A stretch of DNA of 64,000 nucleotides from Zygnema circumcarinatum SAG 698-1b (taxonomy: Eukaryota > Plantae > Zygnematophyceae), in assembly GCA_037447605.1 (NCBI GenBank), contig CM074807.1, positions 4,111,993 through 4,175,992 on the forward strand, written 5' to 3'. Positions within the stretch are counted from its first letter, which is position 1. Each line of letters begins with the position of its first letter. Both the position numbers and the translations under genes were made by a program. Below, piece by piece: positions 30,281 to 54,224 of the stretch. Below the pieces are notes generated by a model. The model made no database searches, was not told the DNA's origin, and saw nothing but the letters and a program-made list of their open reading frames with translations.

Positions 30281-31629
30281 GGCTTTGCAATGGCTAGACT
30301 TTGTACCATAGGTGGCGGCGTTTGCCGCAGTAGCTGAGCTATGTACGAGGGGGAAGGAGGGGAGGGGAGGTGTTGAAACACTTTGGTAGAGGCAGACTTG
30401 TAGCAGGATATTCAGCGATGTTTCACTCAACAGTGATCGCAATTATTTTTAGCTTGTAGGAAATTCAGGATAGGGACGGTGTCCCGCCCATGGAATTATC
30501 GACTTGCCTGTGGTGTAGTGGCGGTCGAAGCAGAGCGAAGTCATGGGCGGAGCTGCGATTCAGAGTGAAGGATTGTCAATGGAGCCTTCATCTTCTGCAT
30601 CTTCTGTAATGTTACAGTTGGCCTGGTGAGGCAAGCAGTGATGGGGAAGAAGAGGAGCCGAGATGATGTTGGCATGACAGGTGTGCTCCCAAGCCGTCGC
30701 GGCGTGTTGACAGCTGCTATTAAGTTCATCTTGGGGCTCCCCTCCCCTTGCAGCCGCGTTGCAGTGTCTAGGCCTTAGGCCTTTCTCGATTCATCTCGAG
30801 TAAAGATAGGAAGGTTTGTTAAGATTAGTTGACGCTCTATGTCTGGCAGCGAATCAGTGTCCAAACCTATGGAGGTGTGCGAGAGAGAGGCATCTCTGCA
30901 CATTGCTCGTCCCCACTGGTCGACTTTTGTTATTCTCCCTGTGCTCGTGGATTCCTGGCAGCCTCCTTTCAGTTTTTCAAACACAGTTCAGTCGATGTAC
31001 ACCCTTCGTATCATTGTTTCTTAATTGCTTTCGTTTTCACAATGTGGAATATTGGAAGGGAATATTTGGAACATTCCCAGTTGGTTCGTTGCGATCTCTC
31101 AACCGCAGATTTCAAGTGCAACACTGCGAGAGACATGGCAGCAGGGCGAATTGACAGTTGGCGCTCGGTATCTCAGAATCATCATGCCAGCAAACGTGTA
31201 TATTTTGTTTTCCCGAGGGCAAATGCATGCACCTACTCTTGATTCAAGCGAGTCACCATATACATCGATTCTGTTCGAATACCAAATGCTTTCAGTAGTT
31301 AGTCAAGTCGCAGCAACAAACAGCAGACGACACGGCGACAGTGCCACACTAACACTGCATGACGACAGCAACTTTTGAGCCAAGATAATTTTCAAGTCCT
31401 CTGAGGTGAGAGGAGCAGACCTACGATTAAATACCAGGTGTTTACCAGGTGTTTGTTTACTGGAGCTCCATTTACGACATATCCCCGATCAACACAACGG
31501 GCCCTGCTCTCATTCCCCTTCTATCTCCCCCTCCCCCTCCCTTCCCCTCCCCCCCCCCCCCCCTCCCTCTACTGTCACCTCCATCCCTCCCTCTGTGTCA
31601 CGAATACGCGACGGCCAATCAGAGCGGCC

Positions 31630-31710
31630 GCGTATCGATACTGACCGATACGTTCTGGTATCTCCCAATCGTATCGATTCATAAGTATCGATTACCGATA
31701 CAAGTATCGG
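31630..31710. repeat. Cluster of GTATCG/CGATAC motifs in both orientations (transposon subterminal-like)
   Basis: About 7 copies in 80 bp, including the palindrome GTATCGATAC. Confidence 0.55.
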
Positions 31711-32214
31711 GATCCCCCAGTCAACCGAAGTCAAAGGGCACGAAAGGGCCAGGACTGGCATTTGTTTGCCCGAAAGTCGTCCGTTTCAAAAAAAAAAAAA
31801 AAAAAGGGGAGAGAAACTTTTTTCTGCTGACCTTTGGTTTTGGAAACAAAAAAAGTTCAAGAAGAGAAATATAAAAAAGAATGACAGTGGAAGTCAACTC
31901 AGTCAAGTCAAGTCAAAAAGTTGGGCAGCCCGTGCAATAAGCCAATCACAATCGCCCATTTGCCGAGCTTGTCGGTAGTGGCCGTACAGGGGCAGCCCGG
32001 CCAGTATCTCTCTGTCACGTGTTTGGCGCGTAGCAGGATTTTGTCAGTTGGGAACATCCGTACAAGGCGGACGGGGCCGCTACCTCCGGAAAAGTGAGTC
32101 TGTCGTCACTCGACTTGTCGTGACTTTTCAGAATTTTCCTTCAAAACGAGTATTTTGGTAGCCAACAATTTTCTTTCAGATTTGTACTTCTTCTATAATA
32201 CGGCTAATGATGAA

Positions 32215-32861
32215 GAATGATAACCCTGCCCTCTTTGGATATCCCCTCCCCCTGAATTTTTTTTGAGAGGCAAAAATGTTAGGGCCTGCCCGAATCCGCT
32301 CGGAGCGGAAGATCCGTCCGGCTCTGCACTTGCGAGTGCGCGCGTCCCTCACACTTGCGGTGAATCCCAACCGTGGATTCTCTCGCAGATCGCACCACGA
32401 CAACCGTTCGATCTGCAGCTTGGCTCGGTCCCAACGAATGGCACGCGCCCACGTATCCCGGTAATTGACGGTCAGACGGTAAGTCCGCGGACGGCACGCG
32501 GCGGCGCCTGGACGCGTCCGTACGGATATCGGTAACCGAATCCGGTTCGTACAAACTTCGTCCCGTCGCAGCGTCGAGGAAAGGCGAAATACCGTACATT
32601 GAGGGCCTGGACCAATCACAATTTGCTTCGTCATGCAAATGGACACGTGACAGATGGTGATTGGCTGTCAGTTCCGCGAAGACTGGCCGGTCCAGCTCAT
32701 CGTTTCGCGGAGATGTCGGGCTGAGGGTCGCGCGCACTCGCACATGCGAGCCGGACAGATCTTCCGCTCCGAGCGGATTCGGGCAGGCCCTCACATATTT
32801 TTGTCGCTCAAAAAACATTTAGGGGGAAAGGATATCCAAAAATGGGGAGGGGTTATCATTC
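32215..32861. mobile_element. Foldback/MITE-like element with ~140-bp imperfect inverted arms
   Basis: Arms are 32215-32351 and 32722-32861. A perfect 34-bp core, AGGGCCTGCCCGAATCCGCTCGGAGCGGAAGATC, lies at 32281-32314 with its reverse complement at 32758-32791. No target-site duplication was found. Confidence 0.7.
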
Positions 32862-33094
32862 AATAGAACGCACAAAAGTTAGGGTCCTGCCCAGGTTTTT
32901 TCCTGACCTGCCCGTCACTTTTCGGGCATCATAAAAATAAATGCGGCCAATGGGCGCCGAGCTCTGTACCGGGCAATCGTATAAAATGTCCCGGGCCTAC
33001 TGCTCAGTACTCGACCTACTTGTGCCGCCTCCGGCCTCACCCTCCCTCCCAACCTCTCTCCCTCTCTCCCTCGGAGCCCTTGGCAGCAGTAGCC

Positions 33095-35361
33095 ATGGCG
33101 GAAGCTCCCGCGAAGAAGGCCCTGATCAGCGGCGTGACCGGGCAGGACGGGTCCTACCTGACGGAGTTCCTGCTCGGCAAGGGCTACGAGGTTCACGGCA
33201 TCATCCGGCGGTCCTCCAACTTCAACACGCAGCGCCTGGACCACATCTACAAGGACCCGCACGTCTCCACCGCCAAGCTCAAGCTCCACTATGGCGATCT
33301 GCTCGACTCCTCCGCCCTCCGCAAGTGGATCGACAAGATTGAGCCCGACGAAGTGTACAACCTCGGCGCGCAGTCCCACGTCGGAGTGTCCTTCGAGAAC
33401 CCTGAGTTCACTGCAGATGTGGTGGGCACAGGCGCCCTCCGCCTGCTTGAAGCGGTGCGCACTCATATTGATCACACAGGGCGCAAGGTGAAGTACTACC
33501 AGGCCGGCTCCTCGGAGATGTATGGCGCCACGCCTCCCCCTCAGGACGAGAACACGGTCTTCCACCCGCGCTCGCCCTACGCCGTGGCGAAGGTGGCGGC
33601 GCATTGGTACACTGTGAACTACCGCGAGGCCTACGGCATGTTCTGCTGCAACGGGATCCTATTCAACCACGAGTCTCCAAGGCGAGGAGAGAATTTCGTC
33701 ACCAGGAAGATCACGCGCGCGCTTGGAAGGATTAAGGTTGGGCTGCAAAAGAAGCTGTATCTGGGGAACTTGAAGGCCTCTCGCGATTGGGGTTTCGCTG
33801 GCGACTATGTCGAGGTGAGCTGGTCTGACTCGATCGGTACCATGTTCTCGGCTAATTGCACCTGTGGTTTCTGAGACGTGGTGTTTCTTAATTGAGATCT
33901 GCTGGATCCGACTTGACTTGTCATGCAGATGCCGTTTTGGCTTAATTGCTATCTCGGGTGGTAAGTTGTAGTTTCAGAATTGAGTTGCTTGCTTGAGATC
34001 AGCTGGATCTGCTCCTACGTATCTCAATTTTGCTGCAGCTAGTATGGCTGCAGCAAAATTGTATGGCTACATACTCCCGGTCTTTGTGACGTTTGACCTC
34101 TTGGGGTAAACATCTTTGATAAGCTGGGCCAGTTCGAGGCAAAAACATTGATGATAGAGGCTTAAACGCTTACACATTATTATTAATGATTATTGCCCCT
34201 TATACTGTCTCACTGCTTAGAGTAGTATAGGTACTGAGTGCAATGCACGAAGGCGGCCTTAGATCTGGTGTCAATGCAGAAAGTTAGCGACTTTATTCAT
34301 CAAGTAGGTTTGCTTAAACGTCTCTTTCTCGATTGTGTGTGGTTGCATAAGGTCTGATCATGATTTCTATCATTTCGGCTTAGTTGCAGGCAATTGATCG
34401 TTTGAAGAGCATGGTTTCTCCTGCTTGCTGTTTCTGTTGTATGTGATCTGTGTCTAATTGGTACAATGTGGCTATAGGATCTAGCACTGCGGCTCAACTT
34501 CAGCGGAATTCAGTATATTCCAATTTGTATCCAGCATGTTGCGTAGTTTCCGGCATCTGTGCTGGCTTTTGACCTCAATTGCAAAGTGCTGCTCTTCTCA
34601 GAAATTTAATCTTATTTTAAATCTAGGAATTAGCGACCTGTCTGTTCTGATGATTCTTGAAATGAATTATGTTGCCGAACAGTTTCATCTCTACTTGCCT
34701 AACATTGACCGGAATTATTTTCTAGTATCGTGCGAGTTCTCATGTGTCTGAAATCTGCGTGTCTGATGTGTCCGGGCTCTTCTATCTGCCCTATTAGGTC
34801 TCGGATCTGACGCAGACACCTGCATTAGTTGTACACGGCAGCCGCTTGAGGTGCCTTAGATTCGTGGCTGTTTTCTGCTTTCTCCTATCTGAAAGTTTCT
34901 CGCTCTCACTTGTATTCAGTGCCCTTCCAGTGCCCGATTGGTATTCCTTCTCTTGGTGTTTGAACTCGACAAGGTGTACTGCCTACCGTTAAAGTGACTT
35001 AGGCTGTGTTTTGCTTGCAACTGTGCAGGGCATGTGGATGATGCTGCAGCAGGAGGAGGCCGATGACTACGTGCTCGCCACGGAGGACTCTCATACAGTG
35101 GAGGAGTTTTTGATCGAGTCTTTCGGCTACCTCGGTCTTGACTGGAAGGAGCATGTGGAGGTGGACCCGCGCTACTTCCGCCCTTCTGAGGTCGACAACC
35201 TCCGGGGCTCTGCCGCTAAGGCGAAGGCTAAGCTGGGCTGGGAGCCCAAAGTGAGCTTCAAGCAGCTGGTGGCCATGATGGTGGACTCAGACCTGGAGAG
35301 GGCCAAGAGGGAGAAGACCCTCGTGGATGCAGGATACCTTGATGACAACGCCCAACCCTAG
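33095..35361 (+). CDS. GMD: GDP-mannose 4,6-dehydratase (2 exons, 350 aa)
   Basis: [77 protein letters not shown]|GMWMMLQQ. Exons are 33095-33814 and 35029-35361. Confidence 0.97.
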
Positions 35362-35487
35362 AAGTGTGGGGGGACATTGGTGATCTATTTTATACACACA
35401 TATATATATATATATATATATCTATCTATCTATCTATATATAATTGATTTCATTTTTTTAAGGGGGAAGGGGGGGGGGGGGGGGGGG

Positions 35488-35497
35488 NNNNNNNNNN
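35488..35497. other. Assembly gap (10 N) inside a poly-G tract; similar gaps at 41066-41075, 45797-45806 and 63263-63272
   Basis: N runs visible in the sequence, each within a G- or C-rich homopolymeric tract. Confidence 0.95.
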
Positions 35498-37034
35498 GGG
35501 GGGGGGGGGGGGGGGGGGGGGGGGGGATCTCTTGAAAATTGTAAGAAGCGTTCTGGTGTTTATTCGTTGTCAGGCTTAATTGTTATTTAGTCCTGCGTGT
35601 CAACAGTGCACTTATCTGGGGCTCAGATGAACTGTTGCAGACGCAAGGGCAGAAGGGTGGGTTGAGGGTTTGGGATTTTCAAAGAAGGGGGGTGATTTGA
35701 AGACGATGTCTCCAGACTGTCGCAGTATGCGGTGACCTGTATCGTTTTGGAATTAAGGAATTCATCTTTAACTAGCATGCTTACTCCTTCCTTTCTCCGT
35801 AACCTTGGAAGTCAATAGCGTTGCCCGCCACTTTCTGTTCAGAGCATTGTTGTTCGTGAACGAAATTTACAATCCTAATGATCTACCGCACTACCTGTTT
35901 GTTCCTGCGTCTGTGGATCTGCATGGGAGTTGTGTGGATAGTATGAATGTATGTGAGCATGTATGTATGTATGTGTCTCTCAATGAGGGGTGAAGTGTGG
36001 GGGGTGGCCAGTGGAGGAGAGGATAGGAGAGGAGAGGAGAGGAGAGGAGAGGCGGAGTGAAATGCGAGGGGACATGATCACCAATGTTGCAGTGAAGAAA
36101 TAACGCAAGAGGGTCGCCCGGGCACCCGGAAAACTCTTTTGGGAAAAAGAAAAGGAGTCGAAGGAGGAACGGAAACGTTTTGGTCAAGCACCACCTGCCC
36201 GTAAAAAAAGCTCCAAGTCAAGCCCGGTCATCCGACCCCTCCAGGCTGACTGGCTGCCACGTCTGCGTACGGTCGGTCCCGGGGCACATCGTGGCCGTCC
36301 GCCGTCCGATCGGATTCCACCGTGGCAATATTGGAGGGTCGCACTAACGGCACATGGCAGGTGCCAATATTCACACACGCCAAATTTAACATCATGGCGT
36401 GGCGCCAGGGTTGGCGCCGTTGACAGCGCTGTTTCTGAAACAGTTCCGTTTTTCAGAACGGAGCGTTGAATGACGTAAGTGGACGTCACTTGTTTAATTG
36501 AGGAAGCTTCGTCGACCCTTCCCTTACCTTTCTAGAAAGCCGCACGCAACTTCGCAGCAACTGCTGCAAGCGACGTCATCTAACAAAAAAAGCGCTTTTC
36601 CTTCTCCCAGAAAAACTGTCGGCACAACCGTACGAATGAGCTGACATCGACGAATCAACGAATGCCACGTGTAAGGAAACGGTATGAGCCTCCGTACGCG
36701 TTATGTACGGCAATTGTTGGATGCCCGACAACGAGGGCGTACGGACAAGATGCTGTACGGACGGGTTGGCCAAAGGTGGTAACCAAGGTTCAATTAGCTG
36801 GCCATGGAGGACGAGGAGAGGCGTCGCCTCCGCCATGGCTGCCGTGCTACCTCCGAGCTCGCATGGCGGGAGCATGGCGTGCGCAGCCAGGCGCTTCAAA
36901 CTACGATGGTGATATCTCTTAAGTTCCTGCATTTATCTTTCGCGGTCACGTTCTGAACGAGAGACGGGGTCCGCACATCCGTTCTCGACTCCCTCCACCT
37001 TTCTGCGAAACCCTAAATAGCTTTCAGTGTCCAA

Positions 37035-47819
<10,785 letters not shown>

Positions 47820-49645
47820 GTGAGGATCTTGAAGAGATTTCAGGCTTTCAGGGTGTTGTGTTCTCCATTTGCAGCCTTCAAATCAGGGCTGCTTGAAGAG
47901 GATAGTCTCATTGCTTTCGTGGAGTGAGCTGTGGGCTGTGGGCAGGAATTGCGGCTATGGGACGAGAGGTGCAGGCACAGATGGGCTTTCAGGAAGACCA
48001 GCTACCGGGCCTGCCTTGGAGCCAGGCCCTCGCGCTTGGCAATGCGGAACACCAAGGGGAGTAGGGGAGAAGCAAGATGGCTGCTGGGCCTCTGCGCAGC
48101 TTGGGGCAACCTCAATCTGTCCATACGCGTATGATGGGAGGGAGGGGAAGACTGGCCTCGAGGCTGTTGCAATTTTTTTCTCTCTTCGCATGGATGGATT
48201 CTCAACAGAGCTGCGGCTCATTTTCTGGCAGAGGGAACTGTGCCATGGGAAGGAGGACGGTACAGGCCTCCCACACGTAAGGGATGCACGTGCAACCTAC
48301 TGCCAAACTACAAGCCACAGCTTCTTGGCAGTGTCGGTTCATTTAGTGTGATTTTGTAGTTTTTATTCCCTTTAGTATTGTGGCGCGTGTGGAATGACCG
48401 AATCAATCATGTCCATTCGAATTTGAAAGGAATGTTTTTCTGCAGTGCTGGGGACGACCCTTTTTTGCTCAACATACCGAAAGTGAATGTGGGCAGCTCT
48501 TGCTTGTCTAAGTTAGCTGTTCCTGCCGGGCTCCAAGAGAAATGCAGGGATTGTTCGGGGATCATCTGCTTCACAGGTGGCCCGCCCTGCGTTAGTAAAG
48601 CATGAGCTGCTGCATTAAGCTGCTGGCATGTGTAGAAAAACGTGTCCTGCTCTGTTGCAGAAAGCGTAAACAGCATTGTTCTCAGCAGTAGCACACGGTC
48701 GACACTCGAGTAGTGTCCTCCAGAACGATGTGCTTTCAACAATGGAGAGCACGCCCATTGGCGAACATGCTGGCGCGAATGGGCGTACATGCTGGCGCCT
48801 TCACGGGAACAACTAAACCCTCCCCTACCCCCTCTCCTAAAAGTCTACCCAAAATTAGCAATTCACATGTTCGAGAACACTCCCAACCAAAAGCACTTTT
48901 GCTCTTGTTGTCATATCGGGTCCGGTGTTCGGCCTCCATGTATAGCAAAAAATTGACGTTCGTTCGACAACACGAGTCAGCAGACTTGAAAGGAACTGAC
49001 ACGCCGTAAGCGCTTCTTAGCTTTGCGTCATTGCGATTGCTGCCACTGTGCCAGCGAGCACAGTTTCGTACTGTACGTACATCTCTTCTTTAGATTCTGC
49101 AGCGATTGCTGAAGAATTTTTCAAATGTCCTGCGACATAACACCACCGAATCAAAACCCCATTCCTCCCTCTGCCGAACAAAGCACCTTGCCCATCGTCC
49201 AGCTCAGCACATCACAGCTGTGCGATTGGGCGTAGACTGAAGAGCATCACAATGGACAGCTCCAGTTGTGCGAGTTGTGCGAGTATGACCATCCTGCTTA
49301 CTGCTGATAGGCATGAAGGTTTTAATTAAGCTGGGAATGGACGAAGCGAAATGCAGTCACAGCCACTGAACATTTTTTTAAGCGTATTTTTTAAAACGTG
49401 TAATATTGCCAAAATTCAGAAAGGAACTCTCGCCTGGTTAGTTTCTAGTCATAAAAGAACGATCAGGATCAGAGTGAAGCCCCACCGTTCGCTCACTCGA
49501 TGATGTATAGAAATTGAACTATCGTCTGGTCAACTTGGACACCAACCACAGCACCAATGGAAAAAGACCACATGTCTGAATCCACCCTTTACATACCTCC
49601 AACCCACCCTCCCCCCCCACCGGAGAGCATTAAAAAACAGAAAAC

Positions 49646-52600
49646 CTATTGAGCTCTCTTATGAGGCAAACAGCAACGAAGGCATTCAAAACAAAATATT
49701 GACCTTGTTTGGTTTGTCTTACAGGTCGTCTTGAAATTCGGACTATCCCACCACTCGAAGAAGGACATTTTCAGCCGCCGGCGCGTCCTCAGATGTCCAT
49801 ACTCCACGAGCGCTTCGCAAAGCCGTCCGACATCATATTTGTTTGTACCGGCATGCCGAGGGTCTCCCTGAATTTTATCAGTTATCTGTTCACTACGCAA
49901 TACCACAGCTGTACTCGTCAATAGTACGAAGCTTCATCATACTATTGAAGCTTCAATAGCATGATAGAATGTACTACGATGCAAATACGAAGGACTTCCA
50001 TACACTTCAAGTTGCTCCCTCTTATTGAGGTGTTAGTGAAACTGAGGATTGAATTGTTCAGCTTCAAAATTGACAGCAACTGCATTGGTATCCAATAATT
50101 CTGGTAGAAGGCATAGCTGATGCCACCTCCACAAGGCGTTGCAGTCTTCGATCACCAGCTGTAAAGTAAACCAGTTTTGGTCTATCGGCCTGCATAGACA
50201 AGAAAGACTTACATCATTGTCGTGAAACAAGCGCAAGAGTCAGCGTACGCGCAAGACGGTCCACTCAGTTAACACTTAGTTAACCAACCATTTCCCAGCA
50301 AGTGGTCGATGATCAAGAGATTTTCTACCTCATGCCTTTGGCAGATTCTCCTCAAAAGCCAACAAAACACAAGCAATGAGCTCCTCGCAAGCAACGAGTA
50401 GAATATCCCGAAAAGCAAATGAACTCGACCTGTGAAGCGGCAGCCCATTGGATGATGCTTTTCATCGTCGGGTCTCCTCCAAACACGCCGCAGCCCCAAT
50501 TGCCCGTCGCTATTGGAGCCAATGCATCCTCCATCTGCAAGGAGCATATCGAGGGTTTAACTTCCATGACATGGATTGACGAGAATAGTGGCTTGCAAAT
50601 CACAACAAGTCAAGCTTGCACTTAATAACCTCGATATCCGAACTGCACAATATTATTCGACTGCTTGCAGCTATGATTCAATTCTGTTACTTTTCCGGGT
50701 TCAATCTCCTCATTTCGCTTTGCTCGGATAGTGACTAACCTCCACCTCAGAATTGTTTCCTTGCAAGCTCGTTGCATTCAAAGCAGGGTACAGTTTTTCC
50801 GTGTGGAGAAATCCGACGAAGGCTTTATTTAGCTCTCTGAGAACATGCACAAATCGCAGTGAGCTCCATGTATACATCGATACACAACTGCATTCCAGAC
50901 ACGCATCCACATGCTAAAATGTAAATTCCACAACTCAAATTTGTGAGATCCCCACCAGATTGATAACTTTCAATGCACATGCACGCCTTCTTGAAATGCA
51001 TGTGAGTGTGAATCGTACTCCCCACTCGATTCACTGTCAAAGCCATGGTTGGCTTCCAAGCAAAAGCTTGAGAGTTGCAAACCTTCGGATGCACCACGGC
51101 GCGAACTGTCCTTCTCCGACCGCTTCGAGGGCGTCGATCGCAGCCACACGTGTGAGCTTCCGGCCAAACTGGTCTCGCTGCATTCGATCGTGGAAGCTCC
51201 CCTTGAAGTTGAAGGTCGGCCCAAACCTGGCAGCAGACAGCGACAGGATAGGATCGCTGGACAACTAGGCATTCCAAGACTATTTCCTCGAAAATTTTGA
51301 AAAAAAAAAAAATGTTTTCTACAGTGAAACTTTCACACCAATTGAAGATCGACTACTAAGAAATAGTAGCCGCGTACTCCCAACAGCGATATCAAAGCAG
51401 AGGCATTGCGGCTCCCTCACCCGCTATAGTTGCTGTAACGCTCGGCACCGACTATCTCAATAGCCTCTCGCTCTTCCATTCGCGGACATATCAGCATGCC
51501 GGCAATCAACTCAGGGCAGATAACGAACCGAATCTCCTCCTGAGATTGAAAATTCTTTTGTTTTTTTCGAGCTTGAAAAAAATTGTTCCAATGCAAGACC
51601 TTCAAGCATAAACTGGTTTCAGCACCATCTATAAAAGGCATTGACTGAGAGAAATACTCTTTTCTGAAGTACTTCAGATCCCTGTCGAAATACATCCCGC
51701 CTCTATGCAGGATCTTTTACTCATGTGCTTAGTCAAATGACTTGTATACCTGGGCACATCCCCCTCGTAGTGTTCCGCCTCCAAAATATTTATTTGAGAA
51801 GTTCACTTGGAGCATTGGCTCCCTTACCTCTTCAATGGTGCCTTCTGGGACAACCTGAAGCATAGAAGGTCCGTAACCTAATCAGCATAGAGAAACGTAC
51901 AGTCGAAACAGGCAGATTTATGAGAGCAAATGGGTGGAGAGCTCACCACAAATTCACAAAGTGGAACCCTGCTGGCCTCCCAATCAAGATAGTGATTGAG
52001 CACTTTACGCTCAAAGGATATATTTCCAGTTCGCGGGTTATTGTCAAATTCATCAAAGTAGTTCAAAATACACAGCAGCTTTTGCTTGTGATGTTCCCCG
52101 GGTTCCAAAAGCTTCCTGCAATCGCATGCAAAACAAACCATCCAAGCCAGTTCCAACTGGCTCCAATTCACTAATGTAGTAAGCCATTAACGATGCGGTT
52201 GGAGGTTGAAACAATGGCATCAAAATTGAGTGACATCGGGCTTGGCTGTATGACGATCAAATTCATTCCAAAAAGTTAGGAAAACATGCTACGGAAACAT
52301 ATGAATACAACTACAGTCGACCTGAACAAAAGAGTCACGAGTTTCAAATGTGCGATGGCAATTTCTTCGTTGTAACGTATACTTTCAAATTCGAGGAAAT
52401 GTCGTAGAAATGAGAACTCACATGAAGAGGCCGTAAAAGTTGATGTCAGGAAGACGTTCCTCAGCCCGACCATCAGTTGGAAAGAGACACAAGAATGCGG
52501 AAGCAACAATAGAAGCTGCTAGCTCCTGCAAAGGAGAGCGAAAAAAAAAAACTGGGCAAAGTTTAGAATGAAGCTACAGAAAAGTTATCGCGAACAAACT

Positions 52601-53886
52601 GAACAGCGATGCATGAAGTAGGGCCATATTCAATACCGTCTATGTTTTTTTTTAATTCCATATGACGGGATTTTACCGGTTCTTTGTTTCTCTAATCTGC
52701 TGATAGTCTATTCTGGTCCACACGTGTATAGTTGTTTGCCTCTTCCTTTGCTACTGGCATATGGCTTGATAGCAAAAACAGCATTCGAAGGAAAAATGCT
52801 CATCGCCATGAAGCAACGAAGCAACTCGCCTGACTTATGATAACTATGCCGGGTTGGTTCGCAGGCAATATCCGCAAGGCTGTGGAAGATGAGCTCCTCC
52901 AACTACAGCTGTCAGATGCATTTTCAGTTAAGAGAATTGGCAGACGCAGAGCAAGTTTGGCGATGAACGGCAACGCTTTTCGCATAAAGTGAATTTCCTC
53001 GCCTTTCAACACCTGCAACCATGCAAACGAGAGGTGCTAGATGATAGTGAGACAAGGTGATAGCTGGCGTCGGAAAGCCGTGTTTAAAAGATTTCTTTCA
53101 GCAAGTTCAGTGAAGTAGTTTCAGCGTGTTGCGTGCTTGCATCGTTACACTGAACAATGGTTGGCACCGATGTACCTTTTGGAAGAATGCCTCCATGGCT
53201 AGCGGTAAGTTGTTAAGTTCGCAATCCAAGCCAAGCGTGCTTCGGAGTGTTGCAATAGCGTCTATCAGCACCAGGGGCAGCTCATCTCCGGGCCTTGTGA
53301 GACTATCCAAAATCATTTCCACTTCTCGTGGCCACGAATACTCTGGAACCGCCTTTGAGTTAGAACGAACATCACATGGCAGAAAATCGTGGAATGTCCT
53401 CTCCTGCGGTCTGTGTGAGATTGCTTCGTTCGACCTCTCCTCCATAGCATCCACAACCCGCTCGTGGAATGTCCTCTCCTGCGGTCTGTGTGAGAGTGCT
53501 TCGTTCGACTTCTCCTCCATAGCATCCAGAACCCGCTCGTGGACTGTCCACTCCTGCGGTCTGTGTGAGAGTGCTTCGTTCGACTTCTCCTCCATAGCAT
53601 CCAGAACCCGCTCGTGGACTGTCCACTCCTGCGGTCTGTGTGAGAGTGCTTCGTTCGACTTCTCCTCCATAGCATCCACAACCCGCCTTTGAAATATGCG
53701 TCCTAAAAACCGCCGACTTTTGCAACAAAAGAGGCCTGCAGGCGAGGATGAGCGGCTTGCGCAGGCGCCTCTCAGCAGCTTGCGCCATGGAACCGGGCAA
53801 CCCTTGAACGCTTTGAGGACTTGCTTTGTTTCCAAGGCTGCCGGCTCTCTCTCTGGCTCCGCGCATGCCCTCACTGCATGCGTCAT
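49646..53886 (-). CDS. PARG: Poly(ADP-ribose) glycohydrolase (PARG), multi-exon; 3' end approximate
   Basis: [36 protein letters not shown]|[16 protein letters not shown]...[68 protein letters not shown] and [10 protein letters not shown]. All are plant PARG motifs in order. Confidence 0.93.
53389..53688 (-). repeat. Four 75-bp coding repeats (25 aa) in PARG exon 1
   Basis: Near-identical [25 protein letters not shown] units x4, in frame, immediately before the conserved plant PARG N-terminus (LPCDVRS...YSWPREV). Confidence 0.92.
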
Positions 53887-54224
53887 GCAAGGGCGGCGCG
53901 GTCGGATTTTGAGGAGGGAGGGGTATTAGAACGCAGGGTCGGGTTTTAGAATTTCAATAAAAATTTCTAAAAGTCAAGCCGTTTTATAAAACACTTTTAG
54001 AACGTTTGTACAATCGTACGGACATACGATCGCACGGCAGCCACTTTGACGGGCCAGCTCCAAGCCTCCTCAAATAAGGGGAAAACCCTTAAATATCGTG
54101 AGTAGCTTATTTAGGGGAGCGGTCCAGATTAGTTCAAGTAGTTTAACTACCATACAAGCCCTAAAAAAGCATTTTTTTGGTGATTTCCCTCTTCTCGCTC
54201 CTCTTGATCGCTGAGTACACTTTG

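Noticed and set aside
30541-31378. Several 60-137 aa ORFs between the RG lyase and GMD
   Set aside because: No recognisable domain and no consistent splice structure.
35462-35526. Long poly-G tracts as G-quadruplex elements
   Set aside because: They contain assembly gaps, so their true length and sequence are unknown.
47869-48351. 160-aa ORF as the ABCC terminal exon
   Set aside because: It does not resemble the expected ABCC1/2 C-terminus, and several acceptors are possible, so it is left unresolved.
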